A DNA stretch of 46,674 nucleotides, taken from assembly GCA_038215615.1 (NCBI GenBank), contig JBBQQR010000016.1, positions 1-46,674 on the forward strand, in the 5' to 3' direction. The position numbers and the translations under genes are program-made. The stretch is from Vulcanimicrobiales bacterium. Lineage in GTDB: Bacteria; Vulcanimicrobiota; Vulcanimicrobiia; Vulcanimicrobiales; Vulcanimicrobiaceae. Shown here in pieces: positions 44,003-46,674 of the stretch; within the stretch, counting starts at the first letter, position 1; the number at the start of each line of letters is the position of its first letter. Under the pieces are notes generated by a model that saw only the letters and a program-made list of their open reading frames with translations, was not told where the DNA came from and made no database searches.

Positions 44003-44367
44003 TACGGCCCTTCCAGGATCACGGTCGCCGCTGCCGTTTGGTCAGTGTGCGTGATCGACAAATGAATGACGGTGACGCCGCGGCGCGCCGGGAGCTCGGC
44101 AGCTTTTCCCGACAGCCGGATAGCGGGCTTGCCGCTGGGCTCGTGGGTGACGCCGATGCTGCGCCATGGGATCGCGTGGCCGAATGCTTTGCGCGTGGCT
44201 TCTTTGGCGGCATAAAACCCGGCGAGACGCTGGGCCGGCTCGCGCTTACGCATCGCGTACGCCATCTCTTCGTCCGTGTACACCTTGCGCGCGAACCAGG
44301 CGAGTTCGGTCTCATCGAAACGGTAGCGCGCAACCTCAGCCAGGTCCGTTCCGATGCCGACAATCAT
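44002..44367 (-). CDS. acpS: Holo-ACP synthase
   Basis: MIVGIGTDL, FYAAKEATRKA, SGKP, HLSITH; start ATG 44367. Confidence 0.92.
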   Translation of the reverse strand: MIVGIGTDLAEVARYRFDETELAWFARKVYTDEEMAYAMRKREPAQRLAGFYAAKEATRKAFGHAIPWRSIGVTHEPSGKPAIRLSGKAAELPARRGVTVIHLSITHTDQTAAATVILEGP

Positions 44368-44410
44368 AGCGGGCGTTTTCGCGGAGGCGTCGAAAGAAAC
44401 CGCCCCAGAG

Positions 44411-44950
44411 ATGGAGATGCAATTGCGCATCGTTCCCGTCAACGGGATCGACCCCGCGTTTCTCTCCCGCCTGGGATTGTGTTTGGCGGAGCGTTTTCTG
44501 TACGACGTCATCGTCGAACGATCGCTCTCCCTCTCGCGCAGCTGCCTCAACAGCACGCGCAAGCAGCTCTTTCTTCCGACGTTGACGACAAAATTATTGC
44601 GGGAATACGGCGGCGAGGGCGGACTGCTGCTGGGCATCACCGATTTCGATCTTTATAAAACCTCGCAGCGCTTCGTCTTCGGCGACGCCGACGAGCATCG
44701 GCGCGTCGCGGCCGTTTCGCTCCATCGGCTTCGCAACGAGTTTTACGGGGAAGCTGCCGACGAAAACGCGCTCTTCCAGCGCACACTCAAAGAATCCGTT
44801 CATGAGCTTGGGCATGCGCTGGGCTTAAAACACTGTTATAACGCACGCTGCGCGATGCATTATTCCAACTCTATTTTCGAAACCGACAACAAGATGCCGC
44901 ATTTTTGCGAGGTCTGCGAAAAGCGGAGCCGCGCTCGGAGTGAAGGTTAG
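44411..44950 (+). CDS. Archaemetzincin-family (M54) zinc protease
   Basis: FVFG, HELGHALGLKHC, CAMHYSNS, FCEVC. Confidence 0.85.
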   Translation: MEMQLRIVPVNGIDPAFLSRLGLCLAERFLYDVIVERSLSLSRSCLNSTRKQLFLPTLTTKLLREYGGEGGLLLGITDFDLYKTSQRFVFGDADEHRRVAAVSLHRLRNEFYGEAADENALFQRTLKESVHELGHALGLKHCYNARCAMHYSNSIFETDNKMPHFCEVCEKRSRARSEG

Positions 44951-45681
44951 CGCAACACGCGCGCATCGGCCTGCGAGATGACGTGGTGGCCGTCGTGGCA
45001 ATCGATCACGAGTTCCCCCGCGCCCCCAAGCTGCACGGCAACGCCTTCGAGACGTTCGTCCGAAGCGTCCAGCCGCAGGCGGTAACGGGTACCGGGAATG
45101 CCGGCCGCGCGTTCCCACGCGCGAGCGATTCCTTCGGGCGTGCGCAGCGTTTCGTAAGAACTGTCTGCGTGCCTCAAGATCGCCGAGAGCAGTTCGTTGC
45201 GATCGCATTCGCGCACGTCGGAAAGAAAAGCGGGCGCGGGATCGAGGTCACGCAGCGCACCCGGTTCGGACGGCCGCACCACGTTCATCCCGACCCCGCA
45301 TGCAACCCAGGCGCGCGCACCCGCGACGCGCGAGACGCAAAGAATTCCGGCGACCTTCGCTCCGTCAAGGAGGACGTCGTTGGGCCACTGGAGCTGCGTC
45401 GTCACGCCGAAATCCGCCAGCGCCTTATGCACGGTCAAGCCGATCCAAAACGGTACGCTCCACAAATCGCGCGAGGCGACCTGATCGTGTAACGCCGTCG
45501 TGAACAAGAGCGCGCTGCCCGGCGGCGCTATCCACGCCCGCCCCTTGCGTCCCGAGCCATGGGTCTGGTAGTCCGAAACCAGCGTTAGACCGCGGGCTTG
45601 CGGCTCGCCGAGGATCTTCGCCATGTCATCGTTGGTGCTGCCGGTCGATTCGACGCGGCGGATCTGCGAGAAGCGGGTCAC
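44947..45681 (-). CDS. birA: Biotin--protein ligase (no N-terminal HTH)
   Basis: [32 protein letters not shown]. Confidence 0.88.
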   Translation of the reverse strand: MTRFSQIRRVESTGSTNDDMAKILGEPQARGLTLVSDYQTHGSGRKGRAWIAPPGSALLFTTALHDQVASRDLWSVPFWIGLTVHKALADFGVTTQLQWPNDVLLDGAKVAGILCVSRVAGARAWVACGVGMNVVRPSEPGALRDLDPAPAFLSDVRECDRNELLSAILRHADSSYETLRTPEGIARAWERAAGIPGTRYRLRLDASDERLEGVAVQLGGAGELVIDCHDGHHVISQADARVLR

Positions 45682-45742
45682 TGCAGCCGCTTCTGTTGTT
45701 TGGAGAGGCGCTCAGCGCCTGCGGAACGTACCTGTGCTTGCT

Positions 45743-46201
45743 ATGGCCATTGAACGTACGCTTCTGTTGTGCAAACCCGACGCCGTGTCGCGCGGCGCGA
45801 CCGGCGACATCATCGCGCGGCTCGAGCGGCGCGGTTATCTCATCATTGCAATGAAGATGATGCAGCTCGACGGCGAACGCGCGCGCAAGCACTACGGCGA
45901 GCATGCCGGCAAGCCGTTTTTCGATGGGCTGGTAAAATTTATTACAAGCGGCCCACTGGTCGCGATGTGCGTTGAAGGTGAATCGGCGATTGCCGGCTGC
46001 CGTCAACTCATGGGAGCGACGGATCCGCTGACGGCTGCACCGGGTTCGATCCGGGCCGATTACGCGCAGACGATCGGCCGGAACCTCGTGCACGGCAGCG
46101 ATTCGCACGAAAGCGCGGAGCGCGAACTGCAAATTTTCTTCGAGTCCTCCGATTTCGTTTCGCGCAAACACGATCTCGAGCGCTGGATCTTCGAAAAGTA
46201 A
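45743..46201 (+). CDS. ndk: Nucleoside diphosphate kinase
   Basis: [36 protein letters not shown]. Confidence 0.96.
   Translation: MAIERTLLLCKPDAVSRGATGDIIARLERRGYLIIAMKMMQLDGERARKHYGEHAGKPFFDGLVKFITSGPLVAMCVEGESAIAGCRQLMGATDPLTAAPGSIRADYAQTIGRNLVHGSDSHESAERELQIFFESSDFVSRKHDLERWIFEK

Positions 46202-46674
<473 letters not shown>

Overview
High-GC bacterial chromosome segment, densely packed with housekeeping genes: pheT-pheS, infC-rpmI-rplT, rocD, tag, uppS, a split B12-dependent acyl-CoA mutase cluster, gltX-glmU, thyX, prs-rplY-pth, uvrB, uvrA-ligA, nnr-acpS, birA and ndk-eno. Gene style tentatively suggests a Terrabacteria lineage such as Candidatus Eremiobacterota (inference only). I saw no tRNA, rRNA, CRISPR array, prophage or transposase. 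The interesting signals lie below the ORF-track level. (1) A family of small structured palindromic (REP-like) elements sits in-frame inside three unrelated proteins (GH38 mannosidase, UvrA, LigA), with compensatory base changes and shared reading frames. (2) An uncalled 33-aa Phe-rich YqzL-like ORF is followed by an intrinsic terminator directly in front of pheS, a candidate attenuator. (3) pth needs a GUA start overlapping the rplY stop to include its catalytic N-terminus. (4) An uncalled 42-aa coiled-coil ORF is coupled between the two subunits of an isobutyryl-CoA-mutase-like enzyme, with two secreted paralogues in the same operon. (5) A perfect 11-bp-arm palindrome abuts the uppS start. 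(6) An M48-like protein has lost all catalytic residues.
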